64,000 nt of DNA from the NCBI GenBank assembly GCA_040768925.1, contig JAXGLZ010000003.1, forward strand, positions 383,688-447,687. The letters are read 5' to 3'. Origin of the DNA: Christensenellales bacterium (GTDB lineage: Bacteria; Bacillota; Clostridia; Christensenellales; CALWSW01). Shown here piece after piece: positions 34,805-45,468 of this stretch. The translations under genes and the position numbers were made by a program. Under the pieces are notes generated by a model. The model was not told where the DNA came from, searched no databases, and was given only the letters and a program-made list of their open reading frames with translations. Positions within the stretch are counted from its first letter, which is position 1. The number at the start of each line of letters is the position of its first letter.

Positions 34805-35442
34805 TCACTGAACGCTCAGAAAAAGCAAGTGCCCGCCGGAATCTTGAAAAGGCCCCGGCGGGCTTTTGCTTTGCCGCCGCGCTTGATCAAATGCCTGCGT
34901 CGTTTCAGTCAAAACCCCTTTTCAGCCAAACAGCCGCCGAACAGGCGCGGCCGCCGCTCTTTCGCGATCCGCAAACGGCGCAAAAAGCCGCCGGAGAGTG
35001 GTGTTCTAAGCGCCGGAATAGCGGGCGTTTGTTTTGCGATCTCCTGTCATCGAAATACAATCGGAGATGATCCTGTTGCGCCGATCAACGGCTCATGGCG
35101 CCTGACAATTCTTAAACCTGTTTCCATCCGTTCCTTGTACTGATACCTCTGCTTCAAATTCCGGGCGCCGTCGCCGCACCAAACGCATTTTCATATGAAA
35201 TAGGCGGCGCCTATTGCTGCCCTCTGGCGTCCGTTCCCGGCAGGGTAATCCCCCGCGCCGCGCTTTTAGCCCGGTATTGGCGAAACCTTTCGCCCCGTTG
35301 GATGGGGCGGGCGAAAACCGGCATCCGGCCGCCGCCGGGATCTCCGCCCGTTGCGGCAGTCTTCCCCCCGCGCGGCCGGCCCGCGCGCTTTCGCCTGCAT
35401 GCCGACAGAGCCGGGCCGGATTTTTGCCGGGAACAAAAGCGC

Positions 35443-36684
35443 TTATGGGGTGCGGGCGATCCGCGTGTTGTCCGCCGTTCTGTCGGACAGGCCGCTCACA
35501 GGGTTGGGCTGCGCTTCCGCCCTGTAATCCACGTTGAACCTCTGCTGGTGCCGGTCAATCACGCAGTGGCTGGCGACGGCGTTGACGTCGTGGTTGACCC
35601 GGTTCTGATACCAGAAAAACTCGTGGTCCGGGGGCAGCGTGGAAACGGGGGCGTATTGCTCCCTGTTTGCCGTAAGCCGGATCTGCCCGGCAAGCACCTG
35701 GCGGACATAGTCCCGGGTGTCGCAAAACTGAAGCAGCTTCGGAAAGCAGCCGTTCGGGATCACCTGCTGCCAGTCCTTGCCCTCGTATTTTTTCAGCAGC
35801 GCCGCCGCGTTGTGCAAATGGGAAACCTCCTGCTCAAAATGCCGTTCCCAAATGCATTTGACGTTGGCGTCCGGCTCGTCCTGACTGAACGAATAATACA
35901 GATAGCATTCCATGTATTCGTGCAGCAGCAGGTTTTCCAGCCAGGTGCAGTTGGGGTCGAGCAGCGAGCCGTATTGGCTGACGTGCTGCTCCTCGATCAT
36001 GGCGATCTCCAGATACAGCCGGCGGCCGAGGTCGTTGCAATACGTGTTGCCCAGGTTCATATAGAAATTCATCGTCTGCTGTTCGCCGGAGGTGATGATC
36101 AGGGTGTTGAGCTTTGTGCGGATATCCGCGGTCTTGAAATCGAGAGGATTTTTGACGGATTCGAAGGGAAATCTGTGCTCCGCGATGGTGGGGCGCCCCG
36201 GCGTGATGTCCACATAGCTTTTGACCATCTGCTGGGCCGGAATCTGGGCGTCGAGATCGAGCAGGTTTGCATACCGGTAGAGGTGGTCAAAATCCTCCAA
36301 AAGGGCGAAATCCAGCGCCTGTTTGGCATAGGCGTCCGGCTCGTTCTGGGCGAGCCAGGCGGTGAGGTCCACGGCGACATGCTCGTAGCCGATCGTCGTT
36401 TCCAGCTGCGTTTCGTCGATCGGCTTCAGCCAGTTCACGCGCTTTTGCTGCTGCTGTTCAACGCGGCGGGACAGGGCAAGCTCCCGGCGCAGGTCGTTGT
36501 TTGGGCCGTTGCGGTGGAACTGATGCTTGAACAGCGTGGATTCCACCTCAATTCCGTTCATGAGAATGATCCTGACCTTCGTATAAGGATCGACGGTCCG
36601 CTTGTCGTAGGGCTGGGGGTAGAGGGTATCCCAATCCATGATACCGTCTTCCACTTTGATCGGTTTTAGCTCAAACGGGTTCAT
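35443..36684 (-). CDS. Hypothetical ferritin-like / diiron-carboxylate protein (413 aa)
   Basis: Repeated E..H-type helices: LLEDFDHLY, IEEQHVSQY, LLHEYMECY, FEQEVSHLH. Consistent codon usage. Assignment is by motif pattern only. Confidence 0.5.
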   Translation of the reverse strand: MNPFELKPIKVEDGIMDWDTLYPQPYDKRTVDPYTKVRIILMNGIEVESTLFKHQFHRNGPNNDLRRELALSRRVEQQQQKRVNWLKPIDETQLETTIGYEHVAVDLTAWLAQNEPDAYAKQALDFALLEDFDHLYRYANLLDLDAQIPAQQMVKSYVDITPGRPTIAEHRFPFESVKNPLDFKTADIRTKLNTLIITSGEQQTMNFYMNLGNTYCNDLGRRLYLEIAMIEEQHVSQYGSLLDPNCTWLENLLLHEYMECYLYYSFSQDEPDANVKCIWERHFEQEVSHLHNAAALLKKYEGKDWQQVIPNGCFPKLLQFCDTRDYVRQVLAGQIRLTANREQYAPVSTLPPDHEFFWYQNRVNHDVNAVASHCVIDRHQQRFNVDYRAEAQPNPVSGLSDRTADNTRIARTP

Positions 36685-36816
36685 TTTCTGCCTCCTTTGC
36701 TTTCATTTTAGTATTCTTCCGGCCTTTGGAAATATTCAGGGCGCGGTTGCCTCAGAATAAACGCGGGGCCAGTGGAAAGACTTTACGAAATGAAGACGAA
36801 AGAAAGGTTCTGCCGA

Positions 36817-39147
36817 ATGAATACAGCCGTTGGGAAGAGCGTGCCGCGCAAGGAAGCCTGGGATAAGGTCACGGCAAGGGCGAAATACACCGACGATCTG
36901 CCGGTAACGGGCCTTCTTTCGGCCCGGCTGCTCACCAGCACCTGCGCCCACGGCCGCATTCTGCGCATAGACGTAAAAAAAGCCCTGGCCGTGGCCGGTG
37001 TAAAGGCGGTGCTGACCGGCGCGGACTGCCCGGAGCTGTTCGGGCCGCTGGTTCTTGACCGGCCCGCCCTCGCCCACGAATTCGTGCGCTACGCGGGCGA
37101 GCCCGTGGCCCTGGTGGTGGCGCGGGACGAGCCCACGGCCGAAAAGGCGGTGCGGCTGATCGAGGTGGCGTACGAACGGCTGCCCGCGGTCCTGACCCCC
37201 TCCCAGTCTTTGGCCGAAGGCGCTCCGCTGGTGCACAGACAGGCAAACGGATACAAGCGGGTGATGGCGGACATCTACCCCGAGGCCGGCACTAACATCG
37301 CCAGCCGCTGCCGCATGCGGAAAGGAAATCCGGCCGCGGCTTTCGCGCGCTGCTGCGCCGTCATTGAGCAGCGGTTTTTCCTGCCGCCTTCGGACCATCT
37401 CGCCATGGAGGTGCGGACCGCCCGGGCGGAAATCTCGCCGGGGGGCGCCGTGCTGATCACCACATCTTCCCAGTCCCCTTATTCCATCCGGAAGCAGCTG
37501 TCGGAATCTTTTGGGATCCCCGCCGGGCAGATCCAGGTCAAGGTTCCGCTCGTGGGGGGAGGGTTCGGCGGAAAAGCCCCCGTCATGCTCGAGATCCTGG
37601 CTTTTCTCGCTTCCCGCAGCGCGGGCGGGCAGGCGGTGCGGCTGACCATCCCCCGGGAGCAGGACATGGCATCGGCCCCCGGCCGCCTCGGTTTGGAGGC
37701 CGCCGTCAAAATCGGCGCGGACAGGAACGGCGTGATCCGGGCGGCGGAAATGACCTTCTGGCTGGATTGCGGCGCGTATGCCGATATTTCCCCCTATATG
37801 ACAAAAGCCATCGCGGTGGACTGCACGGGCCCGTACCACGTCGAAAACCTGTTTTGTGATTCCTTGTGTGTTTATACCAACCATACCTATGCAACCTCCT
37901 ACCGCAGCTTTGCCCACGAATCCTATACCTTCTGCGTGGAGCGGACGCTGGACATGCTCGCGCGCAAATGCGCGGTGGATCCGCTGGAACTGCGGATCAG
38001 AAACGCGATCCGGCCGGGCAGCCAGACCCCTTCCCAGGTCGTTTGCACCGCGAGCCTTACGGGCGACCTGCCGGAATGCTTGAACAAGGTCGGGTGGCTT
38101 TCCGGGTGGGACGGCGGGAAGGCGGCCGCTATCAAGCCGGATACCGTCCGCGCCATGGGCGTCGCGTGTTTTTGGAAGGCGGCGAACCCGCCCACAGACG
38201 CCATATCCGGTGCGCTCATTACCTTCAACCCGGACGGCAGCGTCAATTTGAACACGGGGGTGGTGGAAATGGGCTCCGGCTCCCAGACCCAGCTTGCCCA
38301 GATCCTTGCCGAAAAGCTGCAAATAACCCCCGATCAGGTCCACGTGGTGCTGGCTGTGGACACCGCCACCGCGCCGGAACACTGGAAGACCGTGGCCAGC
38401 CTGACCTCATACATGGCGGGCAACGCCGTGGTCCGGGCCGCGGACGACCTGCTGGACCAGCTTCGCGCAAACGGCGCCCAGGCTTTCGGCTGCCCGCCGG
38501 GCGAGATCGAGATCGGCGGCGGCCGGGTCTTTTCCAAAAAGAACCCGGAGCGCTTTATTTTGTTCAAGGACATCGTCCAGGGTTATAAGGCGCCGGACGG
38601 GTCGTCGGTCGGCGAGCCCGCGCTGGGGCGGGGCGGATTCATGCTCAAGGGGCTGTGCATGCTGGACCCCGAGAACGGCCGGGGCAAAACCGGTCCGGCC
38701 TGGACGCTGGGGGCCCAGGTCGTGGAAGTGGAGGCGGATCTGAATTCCTTTTCTTACCGGATCCTGACCGCCTCCACCGTGATGGACGTGGGCAAGGTGC
38801 TCAATCCCGAATCCATGCGCGCCATAATCGCAGGAGGGATGGCGATGGGCGTCAGCATGGCCAGCCGCGAGGCGGTTTTCTATGACGCACAGGGCGTTCC
38901 CACAACACCCAATCTGCGCACCTATAAGCTTTTGCACATCGGTCAGGAGCCGGATTACCGGGTCGATTTTGTGGAAACCCCGGAAGAAAACGCCCCCTAT
39001 GGCGTGCGGAGCTGTTCGGAGCACGGCATCATCGGCATTCCCGCGGCCCTGGGAAACGCGCTTTCCGCCGCGTTTGGGAGGGAGTTCACCGCTTTGCCCC
39101 TCACCCCGGAACGGCTTTGGAGACTGTCTGAGGAGGGGGCTTTATGA
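36817..39147 (+). CDS. Xanthine dehydrogenase/aldehyde oxidase-family molybdopterin-binding large subunit
   Basis: The a/b-hammerhead N-terminus GKSVPRKEAWDKVTARAKYTDDL, GGGFGGK and a C-terminal ...ENAPYGVRSCSEHGIIG are family hallmarks. ATG 36817 preferred. Confidence 0.85.
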   Translation: MNTAVGKSVPRKEAWDKVTARAKYTDDLPVTGLLSARLLTSTCAHGRILRIDVKKALAVAGVKAVLTGADCPELFGPLVLDRPALAHEFVRYAGEPVALVVARDEPTAEKAVRLIEVAYERLPAVLTPSQSLAEGAPLVHRQANGYKRVMADIYPEAGTNIASRCRMRKGNPAAAFARCCAVIEQRFFLPPSDHLAMEVRTARAEISPGGAVLITTSSQSPYSIRKQLSESFGIPAGQIQVKVPLVGGGFGGKAPVMLEILAFLASRSAGGQAVRLTIPREQDMASAPGRLGLEAAVKIGADRNGVIRAAEMTFWLDCGAYADISPYMTKAIAVDCTGPYHVENLFCDSLCVYTNHTYATSYRSFAHESYTFCVERTLDMLARKCAVDPLELRIRNAIRPGSQTPSQVVCTASLTGDLPECLNKVGWLSGWDGGKAAAIKPDTVRAMGVACFWKAANPPTDAISGALITFNPDGSVNLNTGVVEMGSGSQTQLAQILAEKLQITPDQVHVVLAVDTATAPEHWKTVASLTSYMAGNAVVRAADDLLDQLRANGAQAFGCPPGEIEIGGGRVFSKKNPERFILFKDIVQGYKAPDGSSVGEPALGRGGFMLKGLCMLDPENGRGKTGPAWTLGAQVVEVEADLNSFSYRILTASTVMDVGKVLNPESMRAIIAGGMAMGVSMASREAVFYDAQGVPTTPNLRTYKLLHIGQEPDYRVDFVETPEENAPYGVRSCSEHGIIGIPAALGNALSAAFGREFTALPLTPERLWRLSEEGAL

Positions 39148-39983
39148 TCCCGTTTGATTTCACCTATTGCCGCCCGGATTCTTTGGCGGAAGCTTGTGCG
39201 GCATACGCCCAGCTGCAATCCGAGGGCAAAAACGCGGTTTATTACGCCGGCGGCAGCGAGATCATCACCATGTGCCGCGCGGGCAGCATCCGGCCGGACG
39301 CGGTGATCGACGTCAAAACCATCCCGGAATGCAGGGAACTGGCGATGGACGGTCAGGCTTTGCACATTGGCGCGGCCTGCACGCTGAATCAAATCAAGGA
39401 ATCCGGGCTGTTCCCCCTGCTCGGGCTGGCCTGCGGAAGGATCGCCGACCACACGAACCAGTGCCGGATCACGCTGGGCGGGAATCTGTGCGGAACCATC
39501 CTCTATCGGGAAACCAGCCTGCCGTTGCTGCTTTCGGAGGCGGACGTCACCCTCTGGGGGCCAAATGGCATGCGGATCACGCCTTTTTCCCGGGTGTTCC
39601 GGGGGTGCATGCAGCTAAAACCCGGAGAACTGATCGTTCAGGCGCATATCCCGGCGCGGTTTTTACATGCGCGGCACTTCCACGTCAAAAGGACGGCGAA
39701 CGAGGAGATCGACTATCCGCTGATCAGCGTCGCCGCGCTTTGGGAAGGCGATTTTTTGCGCATTGCCTTTTCCGGCATCTGCTCCGATCCCTTTCGGAGC
39801 GAGCCGATCGAATCCGCGCTGAACGACAGGTCCATCCCCTGCGTCGCGCGGGCGGAAAAAGCGGCAAAACTGCTGCCGGAACCGGCGCATGACGACGCCG
39901 AGGCTTCCGGGTCTTACCGGCTCTTTGTGCTGAAAAACACCCTGACCGCCCTGCTGGAGAATTGGGAAAATGGTAAGGTATGA
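39144..39983 (+). CDS. FAD-binding (CoxM/XdhB-like) medium subunit
   Basis: FDFTYCRPDSLAEACAAY...AVYYAGGSEIITM, with a C-terminal SGSYR motif. Overlaps its neighbours by 4 and 14 nt. Confidence 0.8.
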   Translation: MIPFDFTYCRPDSLAEACAAYAQLQSEGKNAVYYAGGSEIITMCRAGSIRPDAVIDVKTIPECRELAMDGQALHIGAACTLNQIKESGLFPLLGLACGRIADHTNQCRITLGGNLCGTILYRETSLPLLLSEADVTLWGPNGMRITPFSRVFRGCMQLKPGELIVQAHIPARFLHARHFHVKRTANEEIDYPLISVAALWEGDFLRIAFSGICSDPFRSEPIESALNDRSIPCVARAEKAAKLLPEPAHDDAEASGSYRLFVLKNTLTALLENWENGKV

Positions 39984-40443
39984 CAAGAAAACGGTCGTGA
40001 CATTAAACGTAAACGGCGAGCCCCGGGATGTGGCGATCCGCCCGTCGGACCTATTGCTGGACGTGCTGCGCGAGCAGCTGGGGCTGACCGGGGCAAAACC
40101 GGGCTGCAGAAACGGCGATTGCGGCGCCTGCACCGTGATGGTGGACGGCTGGCCCGCCAAATCCTGCCTGATGCTCGCCGCCGAGGCGGAGGGGCACGCG
40201 ATTTTGACCGTGGAAGGCCTTGGGAGCGGCGCAAGGGTTCAGACGGCTTTTGTGGAGAGCAACGCGTTCCAATGCGGTTACTGCACCTCCGGATTCCTGA
40301 TGGTTTGCCACGCGCTGAAAACGCAGCATCCGGTCATGCCGGAGGAGCTTGTCATCGAGGAATGGCTTCAGTCCAACCTGTGCCGGTGCACAAGCTATCA
40401 GGAAATCCGCCGGGCGGTTCGCATGATTTACGGAGAAGCATGA
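39970..40443 (+). CDS. (2Fe-2S)-binding small subunit (CoxS/XdhC-like)
   Basis: LNVNGEP...GCRNGDCGACTVMVDG and the second cluster CGYCTSGFLM...NLCRCTSY. Confidence 0.9.
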   Translation: MVRYDKKTVVTLNVNGEPRDVAIRPSDLLLDVLREQLGLTGAKPGCRNGDCGACTVMVDGWPAKSCLMLAAEAEGHAILTVEGLGSGARVQTAFVESNAFQCGYCTSGFLMVCHALKTQHPVMPEELVIEEWLQSNLCRCTSYQEIRRAVRMIYGEA

Positions 40444-40654
40444 CCGCCTTCGGCGCAAAAACTTTGGCAACGCGCCGGGAATTTTGGGCGCGCCGCCCGC
40501 CCCGAAGATACAAGGGCGCCTTTGGCTTGACCGGGGCTTCGCCGAAGGCACGCTCCTTTGCCGCCGATTAAACCCTGCGCCGGGCAATACGAACGTTCTT
40601 GAACTTGATGCGGACTATGTAGTAAAATGCTTTGGGGAACCAGGGGGTGTAAAT

Positions 40655-42064
40655 ATGAGAAAAACCAAAATAGTCTGCACGATCGGCCCTTCAAGCGATA
40701 CGGAGGAAATCCTCAGGCGGCTGTGCCTGTCGGGGATGAACGTCGCCAGGATCAACCTTTCCCATGGGACGCACGACGAGCAGCAGAGCAAAATTGAACT
40801 GATCAAAAAGGTCCGCAAAAAGCTGAACGCACCCATCGCCATTATGCTTGACACCAAGGGCCCGGAATACCGCATCAAAACCTTTCAGGGCGGCGGCATC
40901 TTCCTCAACGACGGGGATACCTTTTCGTTTACCACAGAGGATATCGAGGGAACGCAGGAGCGGGTTTCCGTCAACTACAAAGGATTGATCGGCGTGCTTT
41001 CCGTGGGGGACAAAATCCTGGTGAACAACGGCCTTGTCATCCTTCAGGTCCAGGAGCTGACGGACACGGACGCCGTTTGCCGGGTCGTCGTCGGGGGGGA
41101 GCTTTCCAACAACAAGAGCATGAACTTCCCGAACAAGATCATCGGCCAGACCTATTTGAGCGAACAGGACAAGCTGGACCTGCTGTTCGGCATCAAAAAC
41201 GACGTGGATTTCGTCGCGGCGTCCTTCGTTTCATCCAAAAAAGATCTGCTTGAACTAAAGACCTTCCTGCACGAAAACGGCGGGAAGGATATCGATATCA
41301 TCGCGAAGATCGAAAACCGCGCCGGGGTGGACAACATCGAGGAAATCTGCGAGGAATGCGACGGCATCATGGTCGCCAGGGGCGATCTCGGGGTTGAGAT
41401 CCCCTTTGAGGAGCTGCCGCACATTCAAAAATTCCTGATCACCAAGTGCAGGCTGCTCGGCAAGCGCGTGATCACGGCGACGGAAATGCTCGAATCCATG
41501 ATCCACAACCCCAGGCCGACCAGGGCGGAAATTTCCGACGTTGCGAACGCGGTTTATGACGGCACCAGCGCCATTATGCTGTCCGGCGAGACCGCGGCAG
41601 GCAAATACCCCGTGCAGACCGTGGAGATCATGGCCCGCATCGCGGAGGAGACGGAACGGCACATCAACTACGGCAAACTGTTCGCGACCACCGAGTTTCG
41701 GATCAAGAACCAGATCGACGCCGTTTCCCATTCGGCCTGCGGCATGGCGATCGACCTCGGGGCAAAGGGAATCGTCGCCTGCACGCTTTCCGGCATAACC
41801 GCGCGGATGATCTCGCGGTTCCGCTCCCCTGTTGCGATCATCGGGATGACGACCAGCAGAAAGGCCTGGCACCAGCTATCCCTTTCCTGGGGCGTGACGC
41901 CCGTTATGAGCGAACCCTATAACTCGACGGACATCCTGTTTTACCATGCCACCGAAGCGGCGAAGAAAACCCTCAACCTCAAAAAGGGCGACAACATCGT
42001 CATCACCGGCGGCTATGTCGGCAGTTCCGGCAACACCAATCTGATCAAAGTCGAAACGATTTAG
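40655..42064 (+). CDS. pyk: Pyruvate kinase
   Basis: MRKTKIVCTIGPSSD...GMNVARINLSHG...MVARGDLGVEIP...TQMLESM-like segment. The ATG at 40655 follows a CAGGGGG RBS. Confidence 0.9.
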   Translation: MRKTKIVCTIGPSSDTEEILRRLCLSGMNVARINLSHGTHDEQQSKIELIKKVRKKLNAPIAIMLDTKGPEYRIKTFQGGGIFLNDGDTFSFTTEDIEGTQERVSVNYKGLIGVLSVGDKILVNNGLVILQVQELTDTDAVCRVVVGGELSNNKSMNFPNKIIGQTYLSEQDKLDLLFGIKNDVDFVAASFVSSKKDLLELKTFLHENGGKDIDIIAKIENRAGVDNIEEICEECDGIMVARGDLGVEIPFEELPHIQKFLITKCRLLGKRVITATEMLESMIHNPRPTRAEISDVANAVYDGTSAIMLSGETAAGKYPVQTVEIMARIAEETERHINYGKLFATTEFRIKNQIDAVSHSACGMAIDLGAKGIVACTLSGITARMISRFRSPVAIIGMTTSRKAWHQLSLSWGVTPVMSEPYNSTDILFYHATEAAKKTLNLKKGDNIVITGGYVGSSGNTNLIKVETI

Positions 42065-42114
42065 CTTTGCCCGATAGTTTTGCCCGATAGTTTTGCCCGA
42101 TAGTTTTGCCCGGA
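42065..42114 (+). repeat. 13-bp tandem repeat (TTTTGCCCGATAG, about 3.8 copies)
   Basis: Read directly after the pyk stop: cTTTGCCCGATAG TTTTGCCCGATAG TTTTGCCCGATAG TTTTGCCCGGA. Confidence 0.85.
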
Positions 42115-42793
42115 TTGCCCGGCAAAACCGACCGATCAGCAACACGATTTCGTCACCGAAACGTGCGGTTCAGATTATCGATAAACACGAATCCCAAGTT
42201 TAGAGGCCGCAGCCCAAAACTCCAATCAAAACCGGCGACCTGGGCGTCAGTTTTGCCGTGCTATTTCGGACGTTAACGTCCGAAGTCTCCTCGCGTGACA
42301 GCGCTGATCCCTCATCGACAAAGTCCCGAAGGACTTTGTCGCCGCCCTAAGCCGCACCGAAACGTGCGGTTTTTTGTTTTGCAGGAAGAATATGAACCGT
42401 CTGCTCCCCCGGGTTTTTTCGGATTGCTTGCCGATCAAGCCGGATTCATCACCATGTAATTTCTGGCATTCGAATCCGGGCGGGGGCGGTCCTTCCCCGA
42501 TCCCCCGGCGCCTTTTCCCAAATTCTGCGCGCCGCCTGAAAAGCCCTGAAATGAAGGGTTCTCCTTTCCTTATGCAGTTTCTCCCTCGGGTCTTTCGCTT
42601 CCCCCCATTGCTTTGCCGGAACCCATTTCGGCACGCGGCCCAACACGCCCCGGAAAATATTGGCCCCACACAACCTGGCATAAATCCGTTAAACTGCATA
42701 ACAAACGGGCCGAATCAATCGTTGGGCAAACGCCCCGAAGCGTTTTCGGGCAATCCGATGATGCTTTTCGGATTAAGACGACAGGAGGCAATC

Positions 42794-43744
42794 ATGAAAC
42801 GCAACACATTCAGACTCATTACGATCCTGCTGGCGCTGGCGCTTGCCGCCGGGCTGCTGCCGGGCGCTGCCGGCGCCGCCACATCCGGCTCCACAGCCGG
42901 GAGAGTGGCGGTCTCTTTTGGGGTGCTGAACGTCAGAAGCGCGGCCTCTTCCACCGCTTCCGTTCTGACGGTGCTGCAAAAGGACAGCTATGTCACGCTG
43001 ATCTCCAAAAGCGGCGGCTGGTGGAGAGTCGAATACGGCAAAGGCCAATACGGCTACTGCCATGCGGATTACATCGCCCCGGTGTCCGGCTCTTACGCGG
43101 CGCACGCAACCGGGCACCTGAACGTACGCGCAGGCCCGGGAACCGGAAACGGCGTCATCGGGTGGCTGCAGCCGGGGGAATACGTCGTGGTGCTTTCCAC
43201 GTCGGGAACCTGGCACAGGATCCTCTATGACGGCTCAAAAACCGGATACGCCAGCGGCAATTACCTCAGCGCGGGGTACGCCCTTGTCTCCCTCGGCGTT
43301 CCGAGCTATAAGCAGACCGATTCCAGATGGGCCGCAAAACGGATCGGCACCTCCGGCGGAACAATCGGAAGCATCGGCTGCCCCACGACGGCCCTGGCCA
43401 TGGCCGAATCCTACAGAACCAAAACCACCATCTACCCGGATCAAATGGCCGGCATGCTGAGCTATACCGCCGGGGGAGCCATTTATTGGCCCGGCAATTA
43501 CAAGGCCTATGCCGAAAGCGATTACCTCAAGGCGGCGTATGGCCTGCTCAGCAGCGGGATCCCCGTTCTACTGGGCGCAAAGAACCCGTCGGGCGGGCAG
43601 CATTGGTGCGTGATCACGGGTTTTTCCGGCGGCTCCCTTACCGCCGCGAATTTTCTGATCAACGATCCCGGTTCCAACGCAAGGACCACGCTGCAGCAGC
43701 TGTTTGCCGCATACCCCTATTTTTACAAGCTGATGCACTATTGA
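42794..43744 (+). CDS. Secreted protein with two bacterial SH3 domains and a C39-like (Peptidase_C39_2) cysteine peptidase domain
   Basis: Signal peptide MKRNTFRLITILLALALAAGLLPGAAGA. Two SH3b-like units (LNVRS...GWWRV...GYCHADYI; LNVRAGP...TWHRI...GYASGNYL). VPSYKQTDSRW...GSIGCPTTALAM. AGGAGG RBS. Confidence 0.65.
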   Translation: MKRNTFRLITILLALALAAGLLPGAAGAATSGSTAGRVAVSFGVLNVRSAASSTASVLTVLQKDSYVTLISKSGGWWRVEYGKGQYGYCHADYIAPVSGSYAAHATGHLNVRAGPGTGNGVIGWLQPGEYVVVLSTSGTWHRILYDGSKTGYASGNYLSAGYALVSLGVPSYKQTDSRWAAKRIGTSGGTIGSIGCPTTALAMAESYRTKTTIYPDQMAGMLSYTAGGAIYWPGNYKAYAESDYLKAAYGLLSSGIPVLLGAKNPSGGQHWCVITGFSGGSLTAANFLINDPGSNARTTLQQLFAAYPYFYKLMHY

Positions 43745-43996
43745 GGCGCTGCGCTCCATTCAGCCGCGTTGTAATGCGTTTGCACCGGAGGCCCAAAGCG
43801 CCCGAAATCCGCATCGCCGCTGATCCTTACGGGCGAGACATGCCGCCAAACGGCGGCGGGCGCTCCGCAAATGAGAAAAATTTCTGCACCATTCTTTCTT
43901 TATGGCAGTTTGTTCTGTCCGCATTGTTCATTATGGGTTATAATGTGCATACGGATCATTTGAAGGATCTGCAAAAAAAGGATTAGGAGTGTAGTG

Positions 43997-44899
43997 ATGA
44001 AGATCAACATTTCGAGCAGCCAGGCGGTCATCACAATGTCGCCAAACAACCCGCCGGCGGCAAAGGCAATGCCGGGGGACACCGTATGCTTTGAAACGCT
44101 TAATTGCTACAGCGAAAGCATCAAGACGGAAAACGACAGGATGAGCCTGGTTCCCTGGGATTGCATCAATCCCGCCACCGGCCCCCTCTATGTGGACGGC
44201 GCTTTGCCCGGCGATGTTCTGAAGGTGGAGATCCTCAGCATCGAGCTCGCGGAAAACGGCGTCATGGCCATCGGCCCCGGCGCCGGCGTTCTGGGGGATG
44301 TGCTGCTGGAGGAGCGCACGAAGATCCTGCCGATCAGCGGCGGCAAGGTGAAGTTCAACGACAGGATCACCCTGCCTGTGCAGGCGATGATCGGGGTCAT
44401 CGGCACCGCCCCCAAGGGCGAGGATATTCCCACGGGCACGCCCGGCGCCCACGGGTCCAACATGGACTGCAAGCTCATCAGCGAGGGCAGCACCCTGTAT
44501 CTGCCCGTGAACACAGAAGGCGCGCTGCTGGCCATGGGCGACATCCACGCCGCCATGGGCGACGGGGAGATCATCATCTGCGGCGTGGAAGCGTCCGGCC
44601 GCATCACGGTAAAGGTGGACGTGGTGAAGGGATTCTCCGCCCATCTTCCCATGCTCCTCACCAAGGATCGGATCGTCATGATCTCGTCGGCCAAGACGCT
44701 GGATGAGGCGGCTGTTGACGTCACGCATAAATTCCACGAATTTTTGTGCAGCATGCTGGGCATGGAACTGCACGAAGCGGGCATGCTGCTTTCCGCCGCG
44801 TGCGATCTGCGGATCTGCCAGATCGTGGATCCCCTGTATACCGTGCGCATGGAATTGCCCCTATGGATCGCCAGGGAATACGGCTTCGAAATGCCGTGA
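43997..44899 (+). CDS. Acetamidase/formamidase-family protein
   Basis: NPATGPLYVDGALPGDVLKVEI...GNMDCKLI...LLAMGDIHAAMGDGEI is the FmdA/AmdA pattern. Confidence 0.75.
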   Translation: MKINISSSQAVITMSPNNPPAAKAMPGDTVCFETLNCYSESIKTENDRMSLVPWDCINPATGPLYVDGALPGDVLKVEILSIELAENGVMAIGPGAGVLGDVLLEERTKILPISGGKVKFNDRITLPVQAMIGVIGTAPKGEDIPTGTPGAHGSNMDCKLISEGSTLYLPVNTEGALLAMGDIHAAMGDGEIIICGVEASGRITVKVDVVKGFSAHLPMLLTKDRIVMISSAKTLDEAAVDVTHKFHEFLCSMLGMELHEAGMLLSAACDLRICQIVDPLYTVRMELPLWIAREYGFEMP

Positions 44900-45119
44900 C
44901 GCAAAAAGCGAACAGGGCGCACGGCAAAAGAATGCCGGGAACCTGAACGCGGTTTGCCCGTTTTGCGGACGGCCGCAATACCTTGCGCATCAAAAAGAGG
45001 CGATCAGGCGCCCATTAGCCGGAATTGCCGGTTGCGGGCGCGCCCCTCCCTTATTCGCCCGATCCTTTGCGGCGGGCCGGGCTTGATTGTGGCTGACGGG
45101 TAATGGATTAAACGGTTTT

Positions 45120-45160
45120 AGGAGCCGCCCGATTTTTGCGGGGCGGCTCCTTATTTTATT
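45120..45160 (+). terminator. Rho-independent terminator
   Basis: AGGAGCCGCCC pairs with GGGCGGCTCCT (11-bp stem, 10-nt loop) and is followed by TATTTTATT. Confidence 0.7.
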
Positions 45161-45468
45161 GGCGGCTTTTGCCTGATATGATACGTTGCAGCATTGGTTT
45201 GTTTTTCGTACCGGCCCCCGGTTTGACAATCACGGGAGGTTCGCCATTTGATGGATGACGGCCGGCCCAATAAGGAAAATTATTGACCGAAAAAGAGGAT
45301 ATCAGCAATCGATTACGAATTTCAACTTAACGCGCGGCCTAAATTACCCGTTATAAGCAAACCCGGCAGTCCGCGCCGAATTGGTGTTGCGCATGATGTT
45401 TATGGTATTTAGTTCGGCACTATCATAGGGTTCATACAATCTTTCGCACGAAAAGGAGGGCCTGCAAA

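Noticed and set aside
42440-42500. A tRNA or tRNA fragment (possible att site), suggested by TTCGAATCC.
   Set aside because: The flanking bases (TGGCA / CCGGG) cannot form a T-stem, and no acceptor or anticodon arms can be drawn. The motif is instead part of an 8-bp hairpin, CCGGATTC...GAATCCGG.
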